Source of the DNA: Bispira polyomma
Lineage: Eukaryota
Assembly (NCBI GenBank): GCA_965649765.1
Contig: OZ287757.1
Coordinates: forward strand, 16,616,001 to 16,680,000
Direction: 5' to 3'
DNA length: 64,000 nt
This document shows positions 40,201 to 55,200 of the stretch, in pieces (within the stretch, counting starts at the first letter, position 1; each line of letters begins with the position of its first letter). Position numbers and translations under genes: made by a program. A model generated the notes under the pieces. The model had not been told where the DNA came from. It saw only the letters and a program-made list of their open reading frames with translations, and ran no database searches.

Positions 40201-43200
40201 ATGTCATAGGTTGATATTATTATTTCACACTAATGTCCTAACCCCATCAGTTTGTGCCCAACGTGGAAACATATTATCAGCCTGGTTTTCCTGGTAATTT
40301 TGATAATTTCTGCATCTGGGTGACAGATTTTGGTGAAGTGTCCTGTTGAGTTCAATACAAATTTCAAAGTAAATTTCAGGTAAAACATTCAAATCAAAAA
40401 TTTCTCCTATCAGAACATAACAAGTTTCAAGTAGTGACAAGTACCCAGAAAACATTCAGACTTTCAAAAGAGTCATTAATTTTTATAATGCTGTCATAGA
40501 TTAGTTTTTGTTATTGGTTACATCTTTACCTCTCCTCTACAGCAATATTCTAGTTTTGCAATTTAGGTATAATGTGTTTGAAAATGAAAAGATTTTTGCT
40601 TTGATTAGTGCCTTATTCTCTTAACCTTTTTGTCTCGATATATTCCCTCACATTTGCCAGAGCTTAACACTGCATAAAGACAACTTTTGAAAATTGTTAT
40701 TTGTAGAAGTACAAACAGTTGCCAGTGCATTATCTGCTACAGAGCTTTCCAGGGAGCAATAAATTATATGAAATCAACATTTCATAAAATCGGCAAATTT
40801 TGCTGACTTTAGTGACGACCGCTGCTTGCCACCGCAAACTTTGGTTTTGGAAAATGCTCTCAACTAAGCGAACATACACTAAAATCTGACTCAGTGATTT
40901 TCAGAAAAAATAGAGGCAGAGCAAAAAAACTCTATCAATGTTATATTTGAAATTTACTTTAGGCATCTAAACCAGGTATATCCAATAACTCCTCAGACCT
41001 GATGTGGGAAAGGTGGTAGTTCCTTACTGTGGGCCGCTGGTTTCTCTGCAGAACCTTGACCAACTGTATGCAGTGTTTCCTCCAGCGTTTCCAACTACCC
41101 GTCCCAATATAACCTACTAAAAGGTACTAGAGTGGACGTTAAATATCCAAAATTCAAAAATTCCTCAGACCTGATTTGTGCAAAAATACTGCTCTTTGAC
41201 CCAAATAAAAGAACAGTTTGACCTATAATGCAATGTTGTAAACAATATATAGCATTTTGATTGAATATTTACATTTGTGGATGTAATAATATTATAGCAC
41301 AGATGATGGTCTGAAATAAGAGCTGAACAAAAGTATGGTGCTCCGATTCACAGTCATACTGGTCAACTCTAAAAATTAAGGCAAATGAAAAAATTATTTA
41401 TCAATAATACCTGCACGTACAAGAGAGCAATTAATTAAGAATCATATTGAAACCATTACATGCATAAGGTGTTCCAGACTTAACTGAAATACTTCAGAAA
41501 TATTTCAGGACGTGCCGGCCAAATGTAAGACAAATACTACACCCAAAGGAATCCAATAACAACACAAAGACTGACGATACAGCAAGAAGTTCATCCAACA
41601 GAATCCATAGACCAGCGACTTGACAGAGTGCTCAACCATCTGACAAGGTGACACTTGTAGACTTCAGGCACATACTGCAGTGGGCTGACAACACTACAAA
41701 TGGTATCACAACACCCACACAATGGTGTCGAGAGGCTAAATTCTAGATACATACATAGTATCCTACCGTCACTGGGGCACCATTCATGCCAGGAGGTTGA
41801 GGTGAAAGTATCACATGTGTTAAGATCCCATTTTCATCGACGATTTGTTGCACCATGTGACCAGGAGGGACCTGCATCGGCATAGGTAAAGGAGGGCCGT
41901 TGTTTGAGACCATTCTGACTGTGGCTGGACCTGGGACATACAATACATGGAACATAATATATTAAACCTCACCAAACAGTCTGAGTAAAGTCTAGGGAAC
42001 ACATGTACTTATTATGTACTGTCACTAGAAATATCCACAATATGGCACAAAATCTTCACAAATTACCCATTCAACTTTAGTTGAAATACAGTTGCACATT
42101 CACATTTGCAACACATATTTATTAGATTTTCCCACCCTTGTGGCCTATAGGTTCACAATGAAACCCAAACTTAAAATCGTAAAAAACAGATCAAAAAGAA
42201 ACAAGTCACTACAATTTCCTAAGCAACTTTTTTTATCTATAACTTGTCATGCACTAAAAATATATATAGACCAATATTTCAATTTCCCAGACATGTTAGT
42301 CATTTCCAACCTCTACATTAAGAATAGTCAATAAAAAACACATTTGGAAGGGCTCCTGGACAGTTACTTTATCTACATACATGTAGACATACTTAATATG
42401 GATTGTATGCTATCATTAATATGGATAGATTTATTTTATGTTTTCTCTACTGTTGAAAATACATATGGTTATTTTGTGAATGTGAAACCAACATACAATT
42501 TGTAATGCAGATATTGCTACTTTCTAGATCTAACGAATAGAGGACACTCTCAATATAGCCACACTTTCACCAAGCCCCATCCTGAATTCTCTATAAACAC
42601 AGGCAAATATCAAAAAGAAAATGACATTCTTGTAGGAGCCCATGTACTAATTATTAAGTCTAGTTAAAAGCCCAATTGCATAACAGAGACTCTGAGTGTT
42701 TAGGGTAAGGATTGTATTAGAGTTTCAGACCATCAGTGTGTAAGCACTGTATGGCCTTATTTCAGGACTCTAACCTAGTCTGTGGCAGACAGATAAATGT
42801 TGTGCCAACTGGTACCAACAGTTTGATTAACCTGTCAACCAGTGTATGTTGCCCTTTTATTAACTAAACTTGATAAAGGTAAAACAAAAAACCTCAATGT
42901 TATTCTTTCTGTATGAAACTTTTTTTTTTTTTGTCTATGCAAAGTAGTTGAAAGCACCCGAATAAATGGAAAGGGAGTTTAAAAGTAATGGAAAGTAACA
43001 GTCATATATTTATCTACAGGCTGTACTTACATATTTTTAAACACTACATCTGGCAAACTACTGAAACTAACAAATAATTACAATTTGCATTACTGTGTCT
43101 TAGATCATAAGGCTGAGAAAATCTAATCCATCAAATCATAATGGAGAAGTCACTGAAACCTTTTGTCCAACACCTTGTTTTGTTTAAACCTGTGTAGGAA

Positions 43201-46200
43201 GTAGATATCTGGAAGTAGTGGGATTACTACATGCAAGTTTATGCATTATAAGAGTACACATACTCCATATACATAGTTGGGGTATTTTTTTGGTATGATA
43301 AAAACTAGATATGAAACAAATGATGTGTTAATGTAAATGTCCACACCATTAATAGTCTAACCGAAGCAATAAAAGTTCCATTTTGCTTAGGCCATAAGAC
43401 GCATCTATTTATAAAATCTCATGATTTTAGTTTTTCTTAAAGTTAGTAGCGATAGTTTCAGTATTGTTTCTTCAGTGACCATCGTATTTTTTCTCAAAAT
43501 GTCCCAAATCAATATGATTCAAGCGATTGGCAGAAAAACACCCACACACAAAATTTTGTTATTATATATTTATTATTAGTGCCCATTTAGTGGTAAAACT
43601 AGACATTGATTTAAACAATTGCTGAAATAGATATTTATAAGCTCTTTACTTTTCTTGTTATTTTACATCACATATCCAATATTTTGTTACACCTTAGTCT
43701 TTGAGGAGGAATTTTCAAATTTAAATATAGCTGCACAAAATTTATCAATTACAAAAGAGTGACAAAACCGAACCAAAATTGCAGTTTTTCAATAAATGAA
43801 AACTACAGAGTATGTACAAAGACAGATATTATAGTTGGACCATTTAAAATCGATACTTCAGTAACAAGTTCTTTTAGATGTAAGTTCATAAAAGCCTAAT
43901 TAAACTAAATGGTTAACATAAATTATGTGAATGGGGTACTCTTTCCAACAAAACATAATTAACATTGGAAGTAGTTTTTTGGGTTTATTACAACAATAGG
44001 CAATAGAACAGCAACATGTATTTGTTTTGAAGTCTCAGCGAGCACAGAGATATTGTTACATTTAAATTCCATGCACATTTTTTTGTATCTGTTCAAATAG
44101 ATTTTACACTGAACTTGGCAAAAACTACTCAAGTTATCAGACTAATTCACAGATACTGAACTCTGGAGACACCAGCTAGTGTCACTGTATTTTAATGTAT
44201 ACACCTGTGCACACAGGTCACTTAGTAGTAATATCAGGTCTGCATTGATTTCAGTATTCTCTTCCTGTCTATTTTCACCATATACACACAGGTGTATTAT
44301 GCTATATTTGGCAAATGTTCAAATCATGACACAGTACAAAATAGGCAGCCCTTGTTGTATGAAAATGGAATTCCTGTGTTCAAACTTCTCTGGCGAAGTA
44401 TCAAGACAAAACCAAGATAGGCACCAGTATCTAGCCAACACTTCATTTAGAAATGTTACATCAATGTGTATATGAGGAGTTTACATATGGCAAGTACCTG
44501 GACTAAAACAGAACCAAAGAACAACGGCCAAACCAATAATGAGAAAATATAAACATATTACAAACAATATTAATGATAAATATTAAAGAATTGTAAAACC
44601 CAAATCCCAAGTAGATAAAATTTGATGTCATAGTTTAGCTTGTGATTGATAACTAACGTATGAAACCCTTAACCTTTAACAACCTTGCCCATATATACGG
44701 TAATATTATTGTAAAGTGCCCTCACCACACAGAAATCAAATCTATGTGGTACAGTGCTTTGAACATGGAGATAAATATATTTCTTAATTTGTGATGTAAT
44801 CAGTTGTTGAAAAAAAGTCATTTGTGATGTCAACAAATTGTGTCAAAGTATTCACCCTTGGTATAGTGGAATTCCTCTCCATCTTTGATAAAGGGCTTAA
44901 TATAATAATATTATTGAGTATATTGAAAAAAATCATTCATTTTCAGATAATCAAGATAATTACCAAGTTAATTACCACATGTGGTAGATAGGGGAACTAT
45001 TCAGGATTAAATACTCTTCATATATACAACAAACATATCATATGTTTCTATGTGGGTGATGGCAATCAATTCATAGCCTATCATTTTTTTACTCATACTT
45101 GTACCCACCGGTAGCCGACACCAGCCGATCCTATCAGTCTATACAGCAAAAAATCGCTTGGCATTAGCTGTTAGCCTGAAAACAGCTAGGGAAACCCATA
45201 TTTTTTTAGCATAAAATCGGCCAGAACATTATACACACAGAAATAAGCAAATTTGCTGTCCATTGTCCGTTACTTGTGGCCTGTTACAAGGAGACACGCT
45301 AAAATTACATATTCAAGGTTTTTTTTAAATATCAGAACTGTCAATCTGCTTTAAAATGTAGCTCTAATAATGAGTGGATCTTAGTGCGGACACAGTGCAA
45401 GTTCAATTCAGTACATGACGACATTCATGTTTTCCCCAAGGGTCCATTTATGTCAGACTGGAGAATCTATCTCCACCGTAGGGTCTCATTTGGGTCTTCC
45501 AAACTTCTTCCTCTCTACAGAAACCGATTTGTAATTTTGATTATCTCTCAGTAGATCTTTTCTTCACTCTCTTGGTAACAATAAATTAACAGGTTTTTTG
45601 TACAATCACAAGACTTCATCAGTCTGGAAACAATGCGAATAAAGCATTTTTCAGTTAAATTTTGTAATTTTACGGTAATCTTTGTGTTGAAAAATCCATC
45701 TTTAGTTATCAAAAACACACTCTTCCAAAGGAATTGTGTCTGGTCATTCAATATGGATCAAAATGTCTGAAGCGCAAAATTTTTAAATATACATACTTTA
45801 CTTTTTGGAAGAAAACAGATTTTCAACAATAAATAATTTTTAAATATATGTTTCAATTTGAAAAAGAAAAGCAATTTTTAAACATAAATATAACAATAAT
45901 TTTTGAACATATGCTTCAAGTTGGGACACCAAAACCAATTGGATAAAAGCCCTGCCGACTACCCTTGTGGCATTTGTCCATCAGCGTAACTTACCCTGGT
46001 TATAAGTATTCAAGGAATCCATCCCACAGCCTGGATCAATATAAATACTGCACATCATACGAACTGGCTGTACAGAGGAGGAGAACTCGTTCAAAAATAA
46101 TCCACTATTGGTACATGTATTAGAGTACTGAGAAACTTGCAAGTATTCACAACACTGGTTGTATGTGTTGGGTAGCCCTACATTTGAGCTAGTGTAACCG

Positions 46201-49200
46201 ACTTCTAGAGGGTAGGGTATTTGTTCCACATAAGCATTTTCTCTACTGACGCAGTAATCGGTCGATATCCTATCTGTATAGCCACCAAACTGTACTTTTT
46301 CAAGCTTTGGTTGCAACCCTCCAGAGAACCCCTCATTCAAAAAGTATGGGGCTGTTAGGACTACTGGAATTTCAGCAGACATTTGGGAGTAGCTCAATGA
46401 ACATTTAAATTCAACGATCCTCAGTAGTTAGCAAACACCAATACTTATAGTGACATACAATACATTTTGCTTTTGTATTTCAACTAAGGCTGCATTCTTT
46501 AAAATCTTTCTTTAAGATCTGAACAAATTCAACAAAATGTCACAACTGATGATCGTTTAATCTCGAAACAATACAACAATCCTTGATCTAATTATATCCA
46601 TGATTATTAAGTTATCATTGATGTGTAATAGAAACACCACAGATTGACTTTTTTTATATCCTAAAAAAATCTAATGCAAATGTTTAGAAAACTTTAAACA
46701 TATTTATGTCTGATTGACTCATGAGAAACTGAAAGCAGAAACAAAATATTTAAATAAACTTTTTTTATAATTGAAAATATAAAACACTTGGGAACCACAA
46801 TCAAATAGGTTTAGCTCCAGTATAAACTCACATTTTATACACGACCATGTTTTCATTGGTCTAAAATGTTGCAATTACTGTTCTTTTTATTATCCTTTTT
46901 TAACTGTTCTTGGCTTTGAATGCAATAACCAGTATAGTTTTCTTTTTTGTATGTAGGCAATCCTTACAATATCCAAGCATAACTGACCAACTATAGTACT
47001 GTACGTGTACACACAGGCTGAGAATGTCTGGGATTTAACAGCCCCAAGTATGTTTAAGTAAGAAACAAAGCCGCCAGGCTCCACTTCTTATTTAGAAAAA
47101 TAACAAAACCATCAAAGAGAACAGAATCAGCCTGTTTATTGTTTACACATATATCCATTTCACCTTTTGAGATTTTATTTTTACAAGATAACTTACTACT
47201 TTATTGTACTGATTATAATGTTGGTAGACTTGAATAATATACACTATTCCATTGTGTTCACCTCATGAAAAACTATGCCCAGCAAAACACCTGTTTTATA
47301 TACAGAATATAAATGTATATTGGAGGCCAGTTCTGTTAGCTTGGTATGCCTTGGTGTACACAACACAATGATACAATATTCATAGCAAAACTTGGGTCCC
47401 GAGTGATACTGTAAAAAGCTTGGTCTAATTTTGACTGGCTGGTACTTGAAGTGTCTTCCAGGGGGGGAAGGGGATGGGGGGAGCTTGTGATGAGAAAACT
47501 TGTTCTTTCCACCCTCTCTCTACTGTTCTTATCTGTCACTTTATCAAGACCTAAACCAGATCTAACACTGGGAGAAAAACATCAATACCACAGCCAGTTT
47601 TTATCATTCCTACTATATAAACACTGAACAGGGAAAAGTAAGCCAGACACAAGTTGTTTTTTTTATTTCCACTCAATTAAAGTTGAACACATATGGAATC
47701 CACATGTAGTGGGGAAATTCCTTCCTGTGGGTATCTATAACATTACAAGTTTTTGGATATAAAGTGATATAAAGATCTGTAATATACAATAACCTTAATA
47801 TTCTATGCATGTATGTACTGTAATATAATGCATGTAGAACTACCTATATGGGATAATTTGTCTTTATTTTCTACATTATATATATATAAAGCTTTGCTTC
47901 TGTTCCCAGTGTAAAGTTTCTAGCTTTCTATTTTAAACTGTATCCACTGTTACTTGACTCATATCCTAGGTCTAACTAGAAAACGGTTTTTGATAAAAAA
48001 AAACGAAGCGTCCCTAAAGTTGAAATAATAATGAAATTGTTTAGTGTACAAGGTTTGATATTGTTTAACAGTTGACATATAAGCAAAATCAGCACTTTTG
48101 GTCAATGTAAGCTCGAAAAGGATCACCATTTCCGAAATAACAGACGTTTTCTAAAAAGACGCAGAAATTGAAGATGGTTGCCCAAATCAAAAATTACTAT
48201 AAAAATTTACATAAAAGAAAAATCAGCCCTATGAGTCGAAAGGAGCTTGAAATCGCTCTATCTAGCACCGTTTCTGAGATAAAGGACATTTTCGAAAAAG
48301 ACACAGAAATTCAAGATGGCCGCCAAAATGTAACATTTTTTTAAAAGTTTAAATATAAGCAAAATCAACCCTGTGGATTGAAAATGAGCTCGAAATCGCT
48401 CTATCTAGCACTGTTTCCGAGATAATGGACGTTTTCGAAAAAGACGCAGAAATTCAAGATGGCTGTCAAAATTGAAATTTTTTAAAAGTTTACATATAAG
48501 CAAAATCAACCCTGTGGGTCAAAAATGAGCTCGAAATCGCTCTATCTAGCACCGTTTCAGAGATAATGGACATTTAAAAAAAAACCTTAATTTTTAAAAT
48601 TTTTGAAAATAAAATCGTTTTATATCAGTAACGATCACATATTTTTGTATGGGGTAAAAAATAAATAAAAATTCAGGCTACTCTTTAAAAGTTACGCGCT
48701 GCATGTACTGGTCTAAAATTAAAAATAAAAAAAATCCTCACACGCTCAAAAAAGCATCCATCAACACATTTTTTCCCCCATTTTGTATGATTGATCGACC
48801 CTGTCAATCAGTCAATTATCACCAGATTGATCTAAAAATTTACGGACATCTATGCTTTGGTATTTGCAATGTGCATGCCAAATTTCATTGAACTATGACA
48901 AGTACTTCAAAAGAAAAGTTGATAAAAGTGCAAGATAGAGCAAAATAGAGCAAAATACTCATTTGAAGTACTCAGTACTCATTCAGTACTGGACTTAGAA
49001 CTGTGAAATTTTTACATCATACATAAAATCAAAAAGTAGATGAATAACTTATACCAAGCAAAAGCCGAAATCCCAATAGTTTCCGAGATAGCAAAAAAGT
49101 ACCGATTTTTCGCATTTCAATAAAAATCAATCGGTTGGCAATCGGTCAATTATCATCCGATTAATCTCATCAGGGTCTCCCGTCCTGAAAATTGCCTTAC

Positions 49201-52200
49201 CAAGGTACATACCAAATTTCATTAAGCTATGATGAATACTTTTTGAGAAAACCTAGTGACAAGCACTTTTACACCCCCAGGGTCACCTGACATTTAAGTA
49301 GGCCAAAGTTTAAAGCCAAGAATATGAAAAAAATTTCCCACTCCTGGTTAAGAGAACTGCCAAAAATAATTTTGATGCAGATAATATTGAAGGAGATATT
49401 CAAGGAAGACCATGCAGCGGCGGCGGCAGCGAGGAAACCAGGGGTGAAACCAAATAAGCGCCCTTTTCAAGGGACGCTTAATTATTATAACTTCTGTATC
49501 AGGCAACCCCAGCTATGTTTTCTGTCTGTGTTGATAAATTATATTTATAATGATTCATTTTATTTTAATTTGCAGAATAAAGGTAGATCCACACTGCACA
49601 GTATCCAAATTAGGATTTGTAAAATTATTCCAAAACAGCAAAATTTGACAGAAAATTTTGCTAAATTTTGCGCTATTTTGCACCCTGCAAATCTGAGGTG
49701 GATCCAGATCCTTCTTATGTGCGGATGCTCACACTTTTATATTTACGTCAAAATTATATGGATCCACAATGCGGATCCGGCCTGTGTGGATGGACCTTAA
49801 GCCCCACTCTACATAAAAGCTAGATTTGACACATGGACAGTGAGCTCTGAGTCTAAGTACATTACCAGTGTGGGTTCAACTGTGCTTTAACGCTGTTTTA
49901 GTTTGGTTGTAATCAAACATTTGATATTCCTGGGAATGGCATGCAGCTGTTATAATTATATCCGCCACTACCGGTATTTTCACAGCTGTTTTCCAATGTC
50001 AAGTTATAAAATACTGCATTTGTGTGAGGAGCAATCTGTGCAATCACTCCCAATGACTAATTTAGTCCTTGAGTTGATTTAGTCCTTCGGCCAATACAGG
50101 AACATCTATGCCAGTGACACACTGCCACATTATATAACAATACCTTTCTTTGTTATATTTATACATCCAATTATAATTAAATAGCTTTGTTTTAATCTTC
50201 AATTGATCAGTCAAATAATACAAATACTTCTAATAAGCATAACTGTAACAACAGAAATACCAAAGTCTTCTAATTACAATGGAGGACTTTTGAATAATAT
50301 ATATTTTTAATCTATTTTTATATATGTATACATAATCCTTGGAGCTCCATCTTTTAAATATTAAAGACAAAAGGAGTGGTTCCTATTCCAGACAGTTGTA
50401 GACTTTCATGGGCTGATACAACATATAAAGTAACACTTGAGGCCTGGCTGCTCTGCCACTTGAATTCTACTGGCTGCAGATTAGACATTCAGTCTCCTAT
50501 CCACCCAAGTGTTAATCCATCATGCCTAAATTATCCCAAATCCAGTTCACAGTAGCTTGTCGGGCCCAACCCACAGCAAATTGAAGCACTCCACTAAAGC
50601 CACCAAGCTTGAACCATAGATTCACAGAAAACAGTTGAGGCAGTTTAGTCCACACATCAAATTTAATACTTCACAAACCAACTTACCACTACTCCTTAGT
50701 GATACTCTTAATTCTCACTTCTTAAACAATAGTTCTGACTAAAAATAATTCTAAGCAATCCAAGACAACTGCTACATAAAACAGAGATGTTAAAAAATCT
50801 GACACAAAAGCCCACAAAAGTTGCTATTTTTCCCAAACCAGACACACCTAAAAGGCTGGCCTTCACCTCATAATGTTCACTTCTAGTGGTTTTCTGCACT
50901 GAGGTATGAACAAGTATCATTGTGTACCACTTCTAATCCAAAGGGGATGACAGATCACAGACAGACAGACACTATATCAAAGATCTGATATATCCTTGCA
51001 TGTCAATGATCACTTTGATAAAACCCACAAATAACTATATGGCTCATTAACTATTTAACTGTTAGGTCATCCCTTTTACATATATGAAGAAAAGTATCTA
51101 CAAAGTGTTTTTTTTTATGAGAAGCATTCCCAGTCTTGTCGTTCTTAGATCCTTTTAGGACATGTTTCACATTCCTTCACATAACTTTTGAAAGAATGTA
51201 GTCTGACACCAGATATGCAGAGCTTGATTTACTTACTTTACAGGTTAAGTTACATACCACTACTAAATAAATGACAAGTAGAATGGAATCACAATTTGTC
51301 AGGGTTTCTTATTAACTGCTTGACTGACTTTTTTTCTCTCATTTTGGTAAAAGTAGGATTGTTCTGCTAAAACATTAGGCCAAAACTTGCCTTTAAAAAG
51401 AAACAATTTCCCTGGGTTTCTTATACAGCTTGACTGACTTTTTATTTTGGAGAACATAGGCTAAACATTGCTCAAAAAAAAAAAAAAGGAAACACTTTTT
51501 ATGAAATGTATAAATATTAAATACGTTATCTTGTTTCTTCATGTTTTAATGTGGTATTATCCTATTTGCAATACTAACAAAACTGTCTTTAAATACGTCG
51601 AAGACAGAGAGAGACTTGGTGGGACATTAAATAGCATATTTAAAGTATACAGGATGAACTACTTGCATTACAGGGTCACACCTACAAAGTATGATTTATG
51701 CTGTCCAAAAATAAGCATGTTTAATTTTTACCTACATTGTGATTAGCAATCCTTGAAAACTAATTATGACACACTTTTTTTTCTGTAATAACAAAATTTT
51801 GGTGGATAAAATTAAATAGAGATATCAAGAGTTTTGTTCCTTTAACTTACTCATTATCATGATACAGTCAAATGCCTTAATTTAAGTAAAACTCTGTTAA
51901 GTCAGATTCCCTGATACGCAAAAGGGAATTTGTGGTACTAACCAGACCTTTTACATTGAACCTTACCCTGTCAACTGGAAATCCTTCTTATGTAGAAGTA
52001 GGTTGTGGGTCCCTTGAAGTTCTACTTAACAGGGTTCGAATGCATTCATATTGGCTATTACGGCCATCTTGTTTTTCACAACCTATCACAAGTGACCCTA
52101 TTTACATGATAAACCTATGTATGAAGCTTTGAAATTAACTTTCAATGCCCTGTAAACTATGTAATTATATCAAACTATAAAGAAATCAAATAATAAAGTT

Positions 52201-55200
52201 GTGTCCATATCTATTAATTGGTAAATTAGTTCAAGCAGCACCAATGATTTCCGTTGTTTAGTTTTATAACCCACTTGTCTCCATGAATTAGTACACATGC
52301 ACCATATATAGGGTCTAGCACAATAATGTTATAAATGGTGGTCACATGGGAGTTTGTAAACAGTGCATTATAAAGACTCTGAAAGTAAGGAATGTTGTAA
52401 AATAAAATATCTTTGTGATATTTATGTGATAAAAATAAGTGGCGTTGGCGAAAACATAAATTTAATCATTTTTATTACATAAGAAGGAAGAAAACCACAG
52501 GATTTGGTATACTCATACACATTTGTGAACCATGGATTTGGGCAGAACTTACTAGTTATATAATCTATATTATGCCCAGAGTAAACAATGCTAACACAAG
52601 GGGTTAGGGAGGGGCAAATTTAGTGAGATATTTTGCAAAATTTACCTGCCCTTCCAATTAATGGTGGCAAGGGCAATAGTATCAACAATTTTCTTATACC
52701 TTCAGAAATTCTTCCTGTAGAAACGTCACAATTTTGCAACATCAAGATTATTTGTTTATTGATTTGTTTGTTGATTAGTTATAGCTAATGTTTTTTTTTT
52801 GGTTTTTTTTTTAATTTGGATATTTAACGTCCACTTTAGTACCTGTTTAGGTTTTATTGGGACAGGTAGTTGGAAACGCTGGAGGAAACACTGCATACAG
52901 TTGATCAAGGTTCTGCAATGAAACCAGCGGCTCACAGTAAGGAACTACCACCTTTCCCACATAGGCATCGACGGGATTCGAACTCACGCCGCCCAGAGGT
53001 GAGAGACCAGTGATTGTGAAGCGCAATGCTTGCTAACCACGAGGCCACCGCGGCTCCGTTATAGCTAATGTATGTGTGCCAAATGTGACAGCATAACTCA
53101 GGACTTTCTGAGAACTCCTTATCCACTCCACAATGAGACGGGTGGGCACCCGGGGTGGCCAACAATTTCCCAACCTCTTCAAAAATGTAAGCATGACAGA
53201 ATGTAAAATGACAACAATCCAAAAGCCTCAAGTTTGTGTGATATTTTCAAAATTTGTAGTCCAACTGCTAAAATTCAAAATTGAAGCCAATGTTATTTTC
53301 ATGACAGTCAAACTCGTATAATAATAAGGCCATGTCAATTGCATGTAGTACACATTGAACAATATCAAATTGTACTTCAAAAGTAAATGCCTAAGAAATT
53401 GAGGAGGTTGTGTTACATTTAAAAGTCCACATTTTTCAGAAGTCGACTTTAAGGTAAAAATTTTTCATGAAATTTGAGTTTCTACAATAACAAGGTCACA
53501 TCTATTAGTATGCCAAATATGAAAATTCAACTGTAAAAGCCAAAAAAGTGTCGACTTTGTGTTACATGTTAAGGTAAAAATCTCTGAAGAACAACCTTAA
53601 AGTCAACTTTCTTTACAAAATTTGAACTCAAATGTTTAGGCAATATCTGTGAATATGAAATATAAAACTGTTTACAGTTTACCCCCATATTGGTGATTAC
53701 TAACAACCGACCAGTTAGAATCTAACAGCATCAGTTTTCTATCAATGATTATGCTGAGCCCATAGACAAACCGGACATTTGTCTCCATGGCCTTGAATAT
53801 TTTAGGACATTTTCTACTTAGCCTTCCTTTATTAGCTGTCATACGCAATATCTTCATTTTATTAGTTCAAACATGGTTTTATTTAGTCAAGTATGTATAT
53901 TGGTAAACTACTTCCATCTGTAACTTTCTGGGAAAGTTCTCACTTTCCAAGTGATCAGTCTCAGCTTCTTGTCTACTATCTAGCCCCAGTACTATCAACG
54001 ATGAACGATACTAAACTCTGCACATGGTTTTAATGATATTGACATCATATATAATGTTATCTACACATTTGGCAGTATAATTGAGATACATTTTTTTTGC
54101 TGTAAGTACGGTTTATATGCTTCAAATGAAGTTTAGTTTTGTTTAGATTTGTTGTTTCCATTCACTGGGTGGAGTGATGGTCACAGAGAAACTGCGACTA
54201 CACAAATATTGTGCCACGTTTATTGATTGCATTTTTGGTTCCCCTTGTCGGCTGTATGTAGTCAATATTAATTTCAAAGATCTTGCTAGGTGGCGTTTAT
54301 ACTCACTTCAGACAATGCTAGAATGTGTCGACACAGCAGGTTTCCGAAGATATCGAATTAATATTTCAAATTATTTTGTATATGTGATGTCTAGCAGTTG
54401 TTTTTTTTCATTGAACTCACTAAGTGGAGCTAAGAATCTTTAAACAAAGGCAATGTAAACAATTCTCACAAACTCTGATTATTTTAACAAAATGGTCACA
54501 GTGACAGTGTAGAAAATGAGAGATTTGATTTTATTTAAACCTAATTTAATATTGAAGTTCAGTTCCTAATGTATTTTACCACAAATTATTGCATGAACAC
54601 TCAAAAAATATACAGTAATTTTGATTACTTCTCGCTTGTCTGCAATTTTTTTATATCAGACTTGACTAGCTATATGCTATATTGTATATCGATATTGAAA
54701 TATTTTGAAAACTGGTCCGAAGTACAGATATCAAAATTGTTGGGTCACATATCAATATTGAATCTTTCCTAATGACATATTAGGGGTTAGACAGACAACA
54801 AAAATGTGGCCCGAGTAATCCCAAGCACCTAACTGTTTTGGATATGGGTACCTGCAAATTTAGTAAGCACCAATCTCAGGAACATATCTAGCAATATGGC
54901 GGCTGGTGTAACCAAACCGTATAAAAAAATAAAGGCAAATAACTGAGGGAATTAGGAGAAAATCGTATGTTGGGTGCAAAAATTAGACCAAAGTTAATGT
55001 CTTGATAAAGTGAATTTGGATAGTAGGCGATAATGCAAGATTTTTACAATAAAAAGTATTTGTTTTTGAGTCCCTGAATCGCTAGTTTCACTTCGGTTTC
55101 CAAACAAATTTTAAATTCTTTCTCTATTTAACGGAAAAAGGGAGCAAATGTCACAGATAGAAATCCCATCTTAATCGAAAAATGTATACAGAGATAAAAG

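Noticed and set aside
52965-53057. Functional tRNA gene
   Set aside because: Continues into a SINE body and A-rich tail and is bounded by a TSD; the A-B box region is too long for a cloverleaf.
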